Of a DNA stretch of 64,000 nt, positions 20,114-29,080 are shown one piece after another. Below the pieces are notes generated by a model. It did not search any database. It was not told where the DNA came from and was given only the letters and a program-made list of their open reading frames with translations. The stretch comes from a virus (lineage: Duplodnaviria; Caudoviricetes): positions 128,001 through 192,000 of IMG/VR virus record IMGVR_UViG_3300028048_000039; one strand, 5' to 3'. The translations under genes and the position numbers were made by a program. Numbering within the stretch: position 1 is the first letter of the stretch; each line of letters begins with the position of its first letter.

Positions 20114-20452
20114 ATGTGGATGGTATTTGGAATTTTATTAGCCCTTTTAGGATTTGTTATCTGCTTTGTCTTTCTGACAATGCTCTTTAACGACAGATTT
20201 TCTTGGGTGAAGAGATGGAGCAAGATACTTGGGGGACTATGCTTTGGGCTTGGTTTCCTTATCGGATTTACAATGATTAACTTTGGCTGTGCTATGATGA
20301 CACACTCCATTGAGAAATCAATGAGGGAGAATCCGAAGTATTATGAGTTTGAATTCAAGACAAGTGAGCCCCTTCAGCCAACCTTGCAGATAAGTGAGGC
20401 TGATGGTGTTAGTGATACTGTCTATGTCTATCCTGTGAAGATGAAAATGTAA
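20114..20452 (+). CDS. Two-TM membrane protein (trio member 3)
   Basis: 2 TM; 'DTVYVY'. Confidence 0.7.
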   Translation: MWMVFGILLALLGFVICFVFLTMLFNDRFSWVKRWSKILGGLCFGLGFLIGFTMINFGCAMMTHSIEKSMRENPKYYEFEFKTSEPLQPTLQISEADGVSDTVYVYPVKMKM

Positions 20453-20457
20453 GGGTT

Positions 20458-20955
20458 ATGCAAGAGATAATCTACTTTTCGGTAAATAACTGGTTCAGCG
20501 GTAGAGATTATCCGCCACTTGAATGTTTCCATAAGTGGTTGGGGGATGACTTGAACCAAACCTTCATGGATGATAAGTGGGCAAAGGAAAACAAACTCTG
20601 CATCTACTATGGAACTGTGGATATGAGTTGGAATTACACGGTTGCTGCACCTATATCTTGGGTAGAGAAGAATTGTCCTGAACTCCTTTACGATGAAGAA
20701 TATACCTATACCACAAGAATTAGTGTTCCAAGAAAAAAGTTCTGGCTCTTTGGAAAGAGCATATGGGTATGGCAGGACAAGATTGAGAGAAAGAAATATT
20801 CCGATTTTGTCTATACCGCCCAAGATGTAGAAGAAGGTATATGTGATGATGTTGGGAATATGCCTTTCCCTGAATACAAGGAAGAGAACTTTGGTTCCCA
20901 TTACTACGAAACTGATTATTGGGGGGAAGATGAAGAAGAAGATGATGAAGAATAG
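20458..20955 (+). CDS. Hypothetical protein
   Basis: 165-aa ORF with acidic tail. Confidence 0.7.
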   Translation: MQEIIYFSVNNWFSGRDYPPLECFHKWLGDDLNQTFMDDKWAKENKLCIYYGTVDMSWNYTVAAPISWVEKNCPELLYDEEYTYTTRISVPRKKFWLFGKSIWVWQDKIERKKYSDFVYTAQDVEEGICDDVGNMPFPEYKEENFGSHYYETDYWGEDEEEDDEE

Positions 20956-21047
20956 GACATTAAGATTTTGAAAATAATCCGTCAAAAATTTGTTACTTTG
21001 GCGGATTTTTTGTATATTTGCAGTGTTTAATTAAAATTTAAAGACTT

Positions 21048-21425
21048 ATGAAGATAATAGTTTGTTACACGAAAGAGGGAAATATCCGCCGCATTGATGA
21101 TATGCAGGTATTTCTTGACAAGGGAAGGACTGAAAAGGAAATCTTTGATGCTGCTGAAGAGCAGAACTCCAATCCCGAAAAATATGGTGGAGCAAGGTGG
21201 GAATTCATTGATGTTCCTGAAAACCTTGTTCAGCCACTTACATTCCTGCTTGGAAAGGATAAGTACAAGAAATGTTCTGACATTGATGATTTGCTTGGGC
21301 AACTTGACACGATTAAGGACATCTTGGAGGCAGTAAGCACAGATGTATATGACTGCTCCGATTATCTCCGTGAGATGATACAGGATGTGAAGAAAGTGGC
21401 AAAGGATGATGAAGATGATGAATAA
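21048..21425 (+). CDS. Hypothetical protein
   Basis: Follows promoter 21013. Confidence 0.7.
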   Translation: MKIIVCYTKEGNIRRIDDMQVFLDKGRTEKEIFDAAEEQNSNPEKYGGARWEFIDVPENLVQPLTFLLGKDKYKKCSDIDDLLGQLDTIKDILEAVSTDVYDCSDYLREMIQDVKKVAKDDEDDE

Positions 21426-21437
21426 AATTAAAGAGTT

Positions 21438-21926
21438 ATGAAGGCATTAGTTAACAAACATAATCATCAGATACGGATAACTGCACCAGAGATAACTATT
21501 GAAGATGCCCCTTATAACAATCATCAATATGTTTATTGGATACCTGCCATTAACCAAATATATAATCCAATAGACTGGACTCTCGTTGAGGAAGAAGAGA
21601 ATATCAGTTGGGCAGACAGACTGAAAGAAAGACTTTCCAAGATGTCACAGGAAGAAATTGACAAGGCATTTGAAGAAATGGGCGGAGACAATGACGAGTC
21701 TCCTACTCTTGAAGAATATCTTAAAGCAGCATATCATTCTCCAATTGAAACTGAACCAGTGGACTTAGAGAAAGCGGCAGAAAAATATGCAGACAAGCAC
21801 GGATTTAGAGTTCCTTATGATGGTTCTAACAACTTCTACGATGATGTAGATGTTAAAGCATCTTTAGAAGGTTTCAAGGCAGGAGCCAAGTGGATGGCGG
21901 AACAAATAAAAGGAGGTAGCAAATGA
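21438..21926 (+). CDS. Family F (NK...IRITAPEI...WTLVEEE) mosaic protein
   Basis: N-module shared with 39919, 40325, 52161; C-module identical to that in 40325. Confidence 0.75.
   Translation: MKALVNKHNHQIRITAPEITIEDAPYNNHQYVYWIPAINQIYNPIDWTLVEEEENISWADRLKERLSKMSQEEIDKAFEEMGGDNDESPTLEEYLKAAYHSPIETEPVDLEKAAEKYADKHGFRVPYDGSNNFYDDVDVKASLEGFKAGAKWMAEQIKGGSK
21762..21905 (+). repeat. 144-bp intragenic direct repeat (second copy at 40880-41023)
   Basis: 4 mismatches by manual comparison; encodes DLEKAAEKYADKHGF...GFKAGAKWM. Confidence 0.9.
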
Positions 21927-22549
21927 AGACAATGAAAACAATACCATTTGATATTGCTCTTAGAAGTGAAATACAGAGCAAAGAAAACAAGTATTTGGGA
22001 AGATACAAGGTTCAGACAAGGAGTGGAAAATCTGCGAGAATTATTTGCTGGGATAATAAAAATCCTGAATTTCCAATTGCGGGTCTTCCGATTGCTGCTC
22101 TTGTTGAGGACTCTTCTCATTCTAATGAAACCGCATTTTTGTTACTTTTGTTTCGCAAGGATGGAATGTGTTGTGGCACATCCGATAATGATTTATGTCT
22201 CATAGACACATGGGAACCGAAGTTCAAGGTGGGAGATACAATAAGAAATAAGGTTACTGATATTGTTCGTAAGATAGTAAAACTCAACGATACACATTAT
22301 AGCGCAATAGACCCTTTTGAACCAATTTCTTATAACCATAGTCATTCGTATTGTATTTCATATAAATGTCAGGATTTATATGAACTTATTTCAGAAGAAT
22401 CAGAACTGACAGATTTTGAAAAGGAGTTGGCAAATTGCCTCAGTAAATCTATTATTGTCCGTGACGTAGAAACATTGGCAAAAGAGTGTGCCCCTAAACT
22501 TCTTGAACTTGCTAAGAAAGAAATCATAGAAAAACTGAAGGAGGAATAA
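21923..22549 (+). CDS. Mosaic hypothetical protein
   Basis: 'TRSG..ARIICWD', 'EPKFKVGD', 'ELTDFEKEL' modules. Confidence 0.7.
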   Translation: MKTMKTIPFDIALRSEIQSKENKYLGRYKVQTRSGKSARIICWDNKNPEFPIAGLPIAALVEDSSHSNETAFLLLLFRKDGMCCGTSDNDLCLIDTWEPKFKVGDTIRNKVTDIVRKIVKLNDTHYSAIDPFEPISYNHSHSYCISYKCQDLYELISEESELTDFEKELANCLSKSIIVRDVETLAKECAPKLLELAKKEIIEKLKEE

Positions 22550-22550
22550 T

Positions 22551-22748
22551 ATGAAAGCACCAGATAAGATTTGGATAACCGCTGACCTCAATGGATATTA
22601 TATGTCAAATCATCCTCCTTGTGGGGAAGAATACCTCCGCAAAGACACCATTCTGGAATGGGCGAATAATATGAAAAGAATCTGTAAAGGAGCAGAGCCA
22701 ATAGAAAAGGCATATCAGACAATGATAGACAAACTAAATGAAATGTAA
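22551..22748 (+). CDS. Hypothetical protein
   Basis: SD GGAGG; packed. Confidence 0.6.
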   Translation: MKAPDKIWITADLNGYYMSNHPPCGEEYLRKDTILEWANNMKRICKGAEPIEKAYQTMIDKLNEM

Positions 22749-22749
22749 T

Positions 22750-23124
22750 ATGACAACAGAAGATAAACAACTATTATTAAAGGACCTCTGTGCAAGGTTG
22801 CCTTATAGGACTAAAATACATATTATAGGAGAAGGTGGGGAAGAAATAGATGCTGACTTAACCACCTCTACTATTGATTATTTTGAGAGTTGGACTGTTA
22901 AACCCTACCTCCGCCCAATGTCAAGTATGATTGAGGAGGAAGAGGAGGAATATAATAGGCTCTTAATGGATGTTGAGTATTATCCGGGGAAGTATTTTGT
23001 TGTTCCGGCAACATCTGTTGTTGATTGGCTTCTTGAACATCACTTTGATTTTAGAGGTCTCTTTAAAAAAGGTCTTGCATTGGAAGCAAAAGAAGATACA
23101 TATATTAAGACAAAGGAGGGATAA
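22750..23124 (+). CDS. Family A paralog 2
   Basis: First half near-identical to 13389, second variable segment unrelated. Confidence 0.8.
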   Translation: MTTEDKQLLLKDLCARLPYRTKIHIIGEGGEEIDADLTTSTIDYFESWTVKPYLRPMSSMIEEEEEEYNRLLMDVEYYPGKYFVVPATSVVDWLLEHHFDFRGLFKKGLALEAKEDTYIKTKEG

Positions 23125-23126
23125 CT

Positions 23127-23429
23127 ATGAGTGGAGGAATATTTGACTATTCGCAGTATAGATTACAGGAAATTACTGATAGAATACAGGAAGAAATAGA
23201 CAACAACAATACCAAACCTGAATGGTATAATGCCCAGTATTGGAATGGATATAGATGGACTGATGATACTATTGCAGAGTTCAAGAAAGGTATTGAGTTA
23301 ATACAGAAAGCCAAAATCTATATGCAAAGAATAGACTGGCTTCTCGCAGGAGATGACGGGGAAGATGATTTTCATAGAAGGCTAAAAGAAGACCTTAAAA
23401 AATTAGAGAAGAACAAATATGACAATTAA
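23127..23429 (+). CDS. Conserved phage hypothetical protein
   Basis: 'MSGG.FDY...RIDWLLAGDDGE' pattern. Confidence 0.7.
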   Translation: MSGGIFDYSQYRLQEITDRIQEEIDNNNTKPEWYNAQYWNGYRWTDDTIAEFKKGIELIQKAKIYMQRIDWLLAGDDGEDDFHRRLKEDLKKLEKNKYDN

Positions 23430-23565
23430 AGAACTATACGAAAATGCAGTAGAAGGTGGATATGAAAATCTACCTCTCTATGATAGAGTATATGAAGGAT
23501 ACTCAACAGATGATATAGAAATAGATTGTATACGAGTTGAGAATGACAAAGTAATTTTTATATGA
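23419..23565 (+). CDS. Small hypothetical protein (MTIKELYE...)
   Basis: 48 codons, ATGA-coupled to next gene. Confidence 0.5.
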   Translation: MTIKELYENAVEGGYENLPLYDRVYEGYSTDDIEIDCIRVENDKVIFI

Positions 23566-24002
23566 TAGACATTAAAGAACTAAGCATAGGAAACTATTTT
23601 CGTGTTGCTCACGAAGGTCTTTGTATAAAGAAGGGAACTATAATAAAGGTTAACGGAATTGATGCCGAGAACAAGCTTATGAAGAAAGGACTTGTTGGGG
23701 CCATATCCTGCCATCCTCTTGATGAAGACCAATTAGACGGAGGAATTTGGCTTGCATATCTTGAACCCATTGAAATCACTCCGGAAATACTGGAGAAGAA
23801 CGGATGGGAGGTAAACGTAAATAATATAAATCCTAAGAAGTGGATTGCCGTTTTAGTGGAAAATGCTGCAATTATCCATGGTGACGAGACATTCATTATT
23901 ATAACCACGGATGGCGGAGAAATAAGATTTCCATTTAGATATGTTCACCAACTTCAAAACATACTGACGCTTTGTGGAATAAATAAAGAAATTGAATTAT
24001 AA
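23562..24002 (+). CDS. YopX-like hypothetical protein
   Basis: 'EL.IGN', 'PIEITPEILEKNGW', 'YVHQLQN'. Confidence 0.55.
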   Translation: MIDIKELSIGNYFRVAHEGLCIKKGTIIKVNGIDAENKLMKKGLVGAISCHPLDEDQLDGGIWLAYLEPIEITPEILEKNGWEVNVNNINPKKWIAVLVENAAIIHGDETFIIITTDGGEIRFPFRYVHQLQNILTLCGINKEIEL

Positions 24003-24003
24003 T

Positions 24004-24345
24004 ATGTGTTTACTTAAAAGAAATAGATTCTTAAATACCGCCATTTTATCACAATGGCGTCATGATGCTCTCAAAAATCTGAATTTTGTCGGAGGTTGGG
24101 ACGGATATTGGGTAACAAGGATAGAAGGTGTTAAATATCGCAGTGAACGTGCTAGCGGGTTCAATGCAGTTGTCGGAGACTGTGGCACATTTATTCAAGA
24201 CGCTCTAATTGATAGGGCAAAAATTAAACGAAACCCCAAGAAATTCAGTAAAGAATTAGGTATATGCGCAAGTGGCGGGTGTCGTTATGTGAATTCTAAA
24301 GGAGAAGTGACGCAGTTTAATGGTTATGGGTGGCGAATATATTAA
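24004..24345 (+). CDS. Hypothetical protein
   Basis: Packed ORF. Confidence 0.55.
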   Translation: MCLLKRNRFLNTAILSQWRHDALKNLNFVGGWDGYWVTRIEGVKYRSERASGFNAVVGDCGTFIQDALIDRAKIKRNPKKFSKELGICASGGCRYVNSKGEVTQFNGYGWRIY

Positions 24346-24359
24346 AAAGAAATTAAACT

Positions 24360-24743
24360 ATGATGGAAGATTACATTAGTGAAGCAGAGGCATTGTCCGA
24401 AATTTATGATGGTTTTGAAGGTAATTTTGAACCATACTCAAAGAGTGACCGTCGTGACTATGTAGATGCAAAGTCAAGGACGTTCAAAAAGTCTGACATT
24501 GGCAAGTGGGTAGTAACGCAAAAGCCAAGGCGTAAGAAAGGTGTTGTGAGTACTTTGTATCTTGTAGACCGAAGTTTAACTAAGCGTTTCTGGTGGTCTC
24601 CATATTCATTCTATGCAATGGTTTTTGAGAAAGAAAGTGCCGCAAGAGTACAAGCCGCAAAATATCGCTTTAACAAAGCAAGCGCAATGCAGATTACTTC
24701 AAGCATGGCAGACAAGAAGTGGTTCTCACTATGTTATGAATAA
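24360..24743 (+). CDS. Hypothetical protein
   Basis: 127-aa ORF. Confidence 0.65.
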   Translation: MMEDYISEAEALSEIYDGFEGNFEPYSKSDRRDYVDAKSRTFKKSDIGKWVVTQKPRRKKGVVSTLYLVDRSLTKRFWWSPYSFYAMVFEKESAARVQAAKYRFNKASAMQITSSMADKKWFSLCYE

Positions 24744-24771
24744 TCAATAAATTACTAAAAATGTTGTGATT

Positions 24772-25140
24772 ATGACTTTTGGAGAATTTAAGCAACTTGG
24801 TTACGATAATGATTTACCTATGGAATATGCTCTTGTACAAAGTTTACTTGAAGGTAAGATAAATATCATTGAAATAAACAATGCGTATTCTATTGCACTG
24901 GAAAAGGAAAGAAGAATTAAAAATCTGAGGTTTGAAGAAGCCTGTGTAAACCTCGCACAACTTCTGTCTGGTAATTACAAAGAGGAAAACTTAAAAGAAG
25001 CTCAACAAAGAGCTGTACATACACTAAATATGTCAAGAACTCTACCGCATAATGTCTATAACAAGAAGTATTCTTATACAGAAGAAACTAAAAAGGAATG
25101 GGATGAGTTCTGTAAAACTATATATGGAGAAGAATTATGA
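24772..25140 (+). CDS. Hypothetical protein
   Basis: ATGA-coupled to next gene. Confidence 0.65.
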   Translation: MTFGEFKQLGYDNDLPMEYALVQSLLEGKINIIEINNAYSIALEKERRIKNLRFEEACVNLAQLLSGNYKEENLKEAQQRAVHTLNMSRTLPHNVYNKKYSYTEETKKEWDEFCKTIYGEEL

Positions 25141-25868
25141 TTACAGAAGATTATGTAAGTTTTGAAACTGCCAAACTCTTGAAGGAGAAAGGGTTTAAGG
25201 CGTGGTGCTATAAGTCCTATGGAACTGCTGTATATCATAAAGGTGTACCAATCAGTTTCGATGAAGAATGCGAACTGAAAGAAGAAGGACTTGAAGATGA
25301 AATTGAATATGTTGAAGGTGGATATCTTTATGATTTTGGGTATGACAACAGAAAGAAAGATGCAAAAGTATGGGCTGCTCCAACATTGTGGATGGCTATG
25401 AAATGGTTGAGAGAAGCACATAAGATTGATATCACAGTTGACCCGCACGAAGTCGGAAATAATTGGATATATCAATTTCATATCTGTCAAAATAAAGATT
25501 ATTTGTTTTCAAGAGACATTGATACGTCTTATGAAAATTGTGCAGAAGCAGCGATAAAATATTGTCTTAAGAATCTTATAAAAAATGAAAATGGGGAAGA
25601 AGAATCTAACATTTCAGTTCCTAAGACAGTTAATGAAGCAATCTCTACGCTTGAGAAAATACTTTCAGATGAGGACAAGGAATATCTTCTTAAAAATGGA
25701 GCAATTTCAATGCATAGTTCTCTTGGCAGATGGATTAGAAATGAATGGGGATTATGGACAGATTCAGAATTGAAAAATGAGTTGAAGAAAAAAGGGGTTG
25801 AACACCCTGATGATATGTCGAATTATATTATAGAAGAATTTATTAAATATTGGAATAATAAAATATGA
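25137..25868 (+). CDS. Family C (MITEDYVSFE.AKLL / MAMKWLRE / AIKYCL) paralog fused to a DUF6794-like C-terminal domain
   Basis: Family blocks, then 'HSSLGRWIRNEWGLW...HPDDMS.YII'. Confidence 0.75.
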   Translation: MITEDYVSFETAKLLKEKGFKAWCYKSYGTAVYHKGVPISFDEECELKEEGLEDEIEYVEGGYLYDFGYDNRKKDAKVWAAPTLWMAMKWLREAHKIDITVDPHEVGNNWIYQFHICQNKDYLFSRDIDTSYENCAEAAIKYCLKNLIKNENGEEESNISVPKTVNEAISTLEKILSDEDKEYLLKNGAISMHSSLGRWIRNEWGLWTDSELKNELKKKGVEHPDDMSNYIIEEFIKYWNNKI

Positions 25869-26245
25869 TTACAGAAGATTATGTAAGTTTTGAAACCGCT
25901 AAACTCTTGAAAGAGAATGGATTTAAGATTCCGTATGATTCTTTCAGGGGTGTGTACATAAATGGTATTTTTAAGAGACTTAATCCAGGAGATGGTTATG
26001 GATATAATACAGGGGATGAAATTGTGGAAGTGTGTTCTCTACAAATGGCAATGAAGTGGCTGAGAGAAGAGCATAAGATTGAAATATATCCATATCATCA
26101 AAATTCACCAACATGTGATAAGTGGTGGTTTGAGATTGTAAATTTCCCATCCCAAGTTAGCGAATATGAATCCAATACAATATATACCACTTACGAAGAA
26201 GCCTGTGAAGTGGCGATAAAGTATTGTTTAGAAAAATTAATTTAG
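25865..26245 (+). CDS. Family C paralog
   Basis: Same 5' 30 nt as 25137. Confidence 0.8.
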   Translation: MITEDYVSFETAKLLKENGFKIPYDSFRGVYINGIFKRLNPGDGYGYNTGDEIVEVCSLQMAMKWLREEHKIEIYPYHQNSPTCDKWWFEIVNFPSQVSEYESNTIYTTYEEACEVAIKYCLEKLI

Positions 26246-26318
26246 GGAATAATATAATTGTTGACTAACACCGCTTTCTATCTCAGCGATTCACAGGGTT
26301 CGTAACCTCTTTCCTCCA
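26245..26318 (+). pseudogene. Degenerate tRNA-like element
   Basis: 74 nt; GGTTCG T-loop-like segment, CGCT/AGCG stem, ends TTCCTCCA, followed by terminator 26324-26350; stems imperfect. Confidence 0.3.
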
Positions 26319-26424
26319 CACTATACAGCCGTTCCTCGGCTGTTTTTTTTATTTCTATGAAAAAGTTTGTTTTTATTTAGAATTTTTTGTATATTTGCAG
26401 TGTAAAAGAAAATTTGATTTAGTT

Positions 26425-26790
26425 ATGATTACAGAAGATTATGTAAGTTTTGAAGTTGCAAAACTATTGGAAGAGAAAGGGTTTAACGAAGCATGTTTTG
26501 CTTTTTATAATCCTGAGGGTATGCTTATACAAAGCGGTATAAGACTTAATAATATTCAAGTAGGTGTGGTAAAAGGTTCTTACTCTGCTCCAACCCTTCA
26601 AATGGCAATGAAGTGGTTGAGAGAAGTACACGGATTGCATGTGGATATTGACCCATTAGAAGGGAATTGGCGTACTAAAATTGTAGAATTGGAAGATTTG
26701 TGCGAGGTGGATAGAGGTATCTCATTATATGGTACATATGAAGAAGCCTGTGAAGCGGCTATAAAGTACTGTTTAGAAAATTTGATTTAG
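26425..26790 (+). CDS. Family C paralog
   Basis: Follows promoter 26390; family blocks. Confidence 0.8.
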   Translation: MITEDYVSFEVAKLLEEKGFNEACFAFYNPEGMLIQSGIRLNNIQVGVVKGSYSAPTLQMAMKWLREVHGLHVDIDPLEGNWRTKIVELEDLCEVDRGISLYGTYEEACEAAIKYCLENLI

Positions 26791-26792
26791 AT

Positions 26793-27026
26793 ATGAAAAA
26801 GATTTTGATAATTATTTTTACTGTGGTTTTGTTCACAGGTTGCACAAGTGGCATAAATTACCGCATGAGCGTTAAGAAAGGAGATATAAGAAAGACCTAC
26901 ACGAATGAGTATGTTCTTACAGAGATTTGTAATGGCTCCAATGGTTTTGGTACTCCAACTTGGGATAAGGTAGCGGTTGAAAAGATTGATTCGTTATCAT
27001 TAATAATGAAAAACAATTATAAATAA
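26793..27026 (+). CDS. Putative lipoprotein
   Basis: MKK + hydrophobic stretch + FTGC lipobox. Confidence 0.6.
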   Translation: MKKILIIIFTVVLFTGCTSGINYRMSVKKGDIRKTYTNEYVLTEICNGSNGFGTPTWDKVAVEKIDSLSLIMKNNYK

Positions 27027-27030
27027 AATT

Positions 27031-27315
27031 ATGAAATACGAAGATTTTAAGGAATTGTTTGAACTAAAGTTCTACTCAATGAAAGATAACCACATTGTTG
27101 AATGGCAAGTGGAGAAAGTGATATTGTGTAATTACAACAGAGATGAGTTTAATAATTTATGTCCAGTTTATAATGGAAATCTTGATGTGGAATATGAGTT
27201 GAAAAGGAAAGACAAAAATAATACATATCAGTATGTTACTATACACAAGAACATGATAGGAAAAACATTTTTTACTTCAATCACAGACTTGGTAAATCAC
27301 ATAATGCCTGAATAA
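27031..27315 (+). CDS. Hypothetical protein
   Basis: Packed ORF. Confidence 0.6.
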   Translation: MKYEDFKELFELKFYSMKDNHIVEWQVEKVILCNYNRDEFNNLCPVYNGNLDVEYELKRKDKNNTYQYVTIHKNMIGKTFFTSITDLVNHIMPE

Positions 27316-27335
27316 TTAAGATAAATAATTTAGTT

Positions 27336-28949
27336 ATGACAAGAGAAGAAGCAATAAATATATTAAGTGAAAGATATGGCAGTGCTTTATTTTCGGAGCG
27401 CACGGCCCTTGAAACACTTATCCCAGAACTCCGAGAGAATGAGGATGAGATGATAAGGAAATGGCTATATGACTATATAAGCAATTGTCCTAATAATAAC
27501 TTTGCCTTCTATGGTGGGGTCGGGAAAGATGCTGTCTTGAACTACCTTGAAAAGCAGAAAGAGCGTGGTGAAGCAAATTTTAGAGAAGGATATCTGCATG
27601 GATTTGAAGATGCACAAAAAGAGCAGAAACCCACAAATAATAGCACCAGGGAAAAAATCATTAGTAGAGCAACATCCGAAAAACAAGTGGTTCTTATTTC
27701 AGAATCAGGCGGTGAAGCAGAAATTGGTTGGGACACTCGTTCCTTGGAAGATGCAAAGAAGTTGTTAGAGTATGGACTTGCGTTTATCAATAAGAGCATC
27801 ACAAACCCTGCTGAAAAACAGAAAGATAACGCATCAAACAGTTTTGATGATGTATGGGATGAAGAGGACTGCGAAGAGATTATTGCCGAAGGGCAGAAAT
27901 TGACCCCAAGGTTTAAGGAATTGCTTAAAGAAGTCTGTCATGCTTGGTATGATAGAGGTGTTAAACTCGCAGAACAGAAAGCAGCAGAAACTCCACAATG
28001 GATGATTGATTTTCTGAATGATATACTCTCATCTTGTATCATATATGATGATTATGTTAGAAGACGAGAGTATCAAAGTAAAGTTCTTGGTATTATCAAG
28101 TGGCTTGAGAATCAGAAAACAAAAACTCCTCAATGGATGATTGATTTTCTGAAAGAGATACAGCCTTATTCTATAAATAAGGAAGAGTATGCAGGTTACG
28201 CCGGAAGGATAGAGTTTGAAAGTAAAATTCTTACCATCATAAAATGGCTTGAAGGTAACTTTATTCAGCAGAAAGAGCAGAAGCCAGTAGAGTGGACAAA
28301 ACTTACTTGGAAAGATGTTAATGATTTAGAAGAAATAATGAATGAAGTTCGTTCCGATTATCGTGGGGGAGGTATAGGACAAAAGAGTTTTGGCTTAGAG
28401 GTTCTTGAAAGATTCCGTTACATAAAAGGCGATGAACTTGATGTAAAAGAGCAGAAACCCACAGAGTGGAGCGAGGAAGGCAAGAATGCGATAGTAGATA
28501 TTCTACGAGGACTTCATAAAGGAATTTTATATAAAGAAGCAGAAGAAATAGCAGACGATATACTCAAATTCCTCAAACCCAAGCCAAAGAATGAGTGGAG
28601 TGAAGAGGATGAAAGAATGCTTTCTCGTTGTATTAAGTCTGTAGAATGTTCAAAACAATTTGCTGATTCGGAAACTTATAAGGCGGCAAAAGATGTAGAA
28701 ATGAATTGGCTCAAATCCCTCCGTTTCCAGCCACGACAGAACCCAGAAGTCAAACTCACAGGATGGGTGGCAAGAGATAGAAATGAAGACATATGTGTTT
28801 ACGAGGATTACCCTGAAAAAGATTCTAAAAGGCAGTTTTGGTTTGCATCTGGTCATATGTCTCTTGACGAAAAATCTTTCCCAGACATTAAGTGGGAAAA
28901 TGAGCCCGTAGAAGTTGAGATAACTATTAGAAAAAATGAGCATATCTAA
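27336..28949 (+). CDS. Family D long modular protein 1 (MTREEAI...LIPEL / EQKPxEWSEEDE)
   Basis: N- and C-modules shared with 29081; internal 'TPQWMIDFL...IIKWLE' duplication. Confidence 0.8.
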   Translation: MTREEAINILSERYGSALFSERTALETLIPELRENEDEMIRKWLYDYISNCPNNNFAFYGGVGKDAVLNYLEKQKERGEANFREGYLHGFEDAQKEQKPTNNSTREKIISRATSEKQVVLISESGGEAEIGWDTRSLEDAKKLLEYGLAFINKSITNPAEKQKDNASNSFDDVWDEEDCEEIIAEGQKLTPRFKELLKEVCHAWYDRGVKLAEQKAAETPQWMIDFLNDILSSCIIYDDYVRRREYQSKVLGIIKWLENQKTKTPQWMIDFLKEIQPYSINKEEYAGYAGRIEFESKILTIIKWLEGNFIQQKEQKPVEWTKLTWKDVNDLEEIMNEVRSDYRGGGIGQKSFGLEVLERFRYIKGDELDVKEQKPTEWSEEGKNAIVDILRGLHKGILYKEAEEIADDILKFLKPKPKNEWSEEDERMLSRCIKSVECSKQFADSETYKAAKDVEMNWLKSLRFQPRQNPEVKLTGWVARDRNEDICVYEDYPEKDSKRQFWFASGHMSLDEKSFPDIKWENEPVEVEITIRKNEHI

Positions 28950-28967
28950 AGTTACAAGGTTGGAAAA
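28751..28967 (+). repeat. 217-bp direct repeat (second copy at 30664-30880)
   Basis: Encodes KLTGWVARD...VEVEITIRKNE; similarity runs past the stop codon. Confidence 0.85.
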
Positions 28968-29080
28968 TGAAACAGAAGCAATAAACTATAATAAGATAGT
29001 GATTAATACTAATATTTGGATTTTAACTATAATTAATTACATATTACATTTTGGATTTAAAGTAAGAAAGGAGAAATAGT

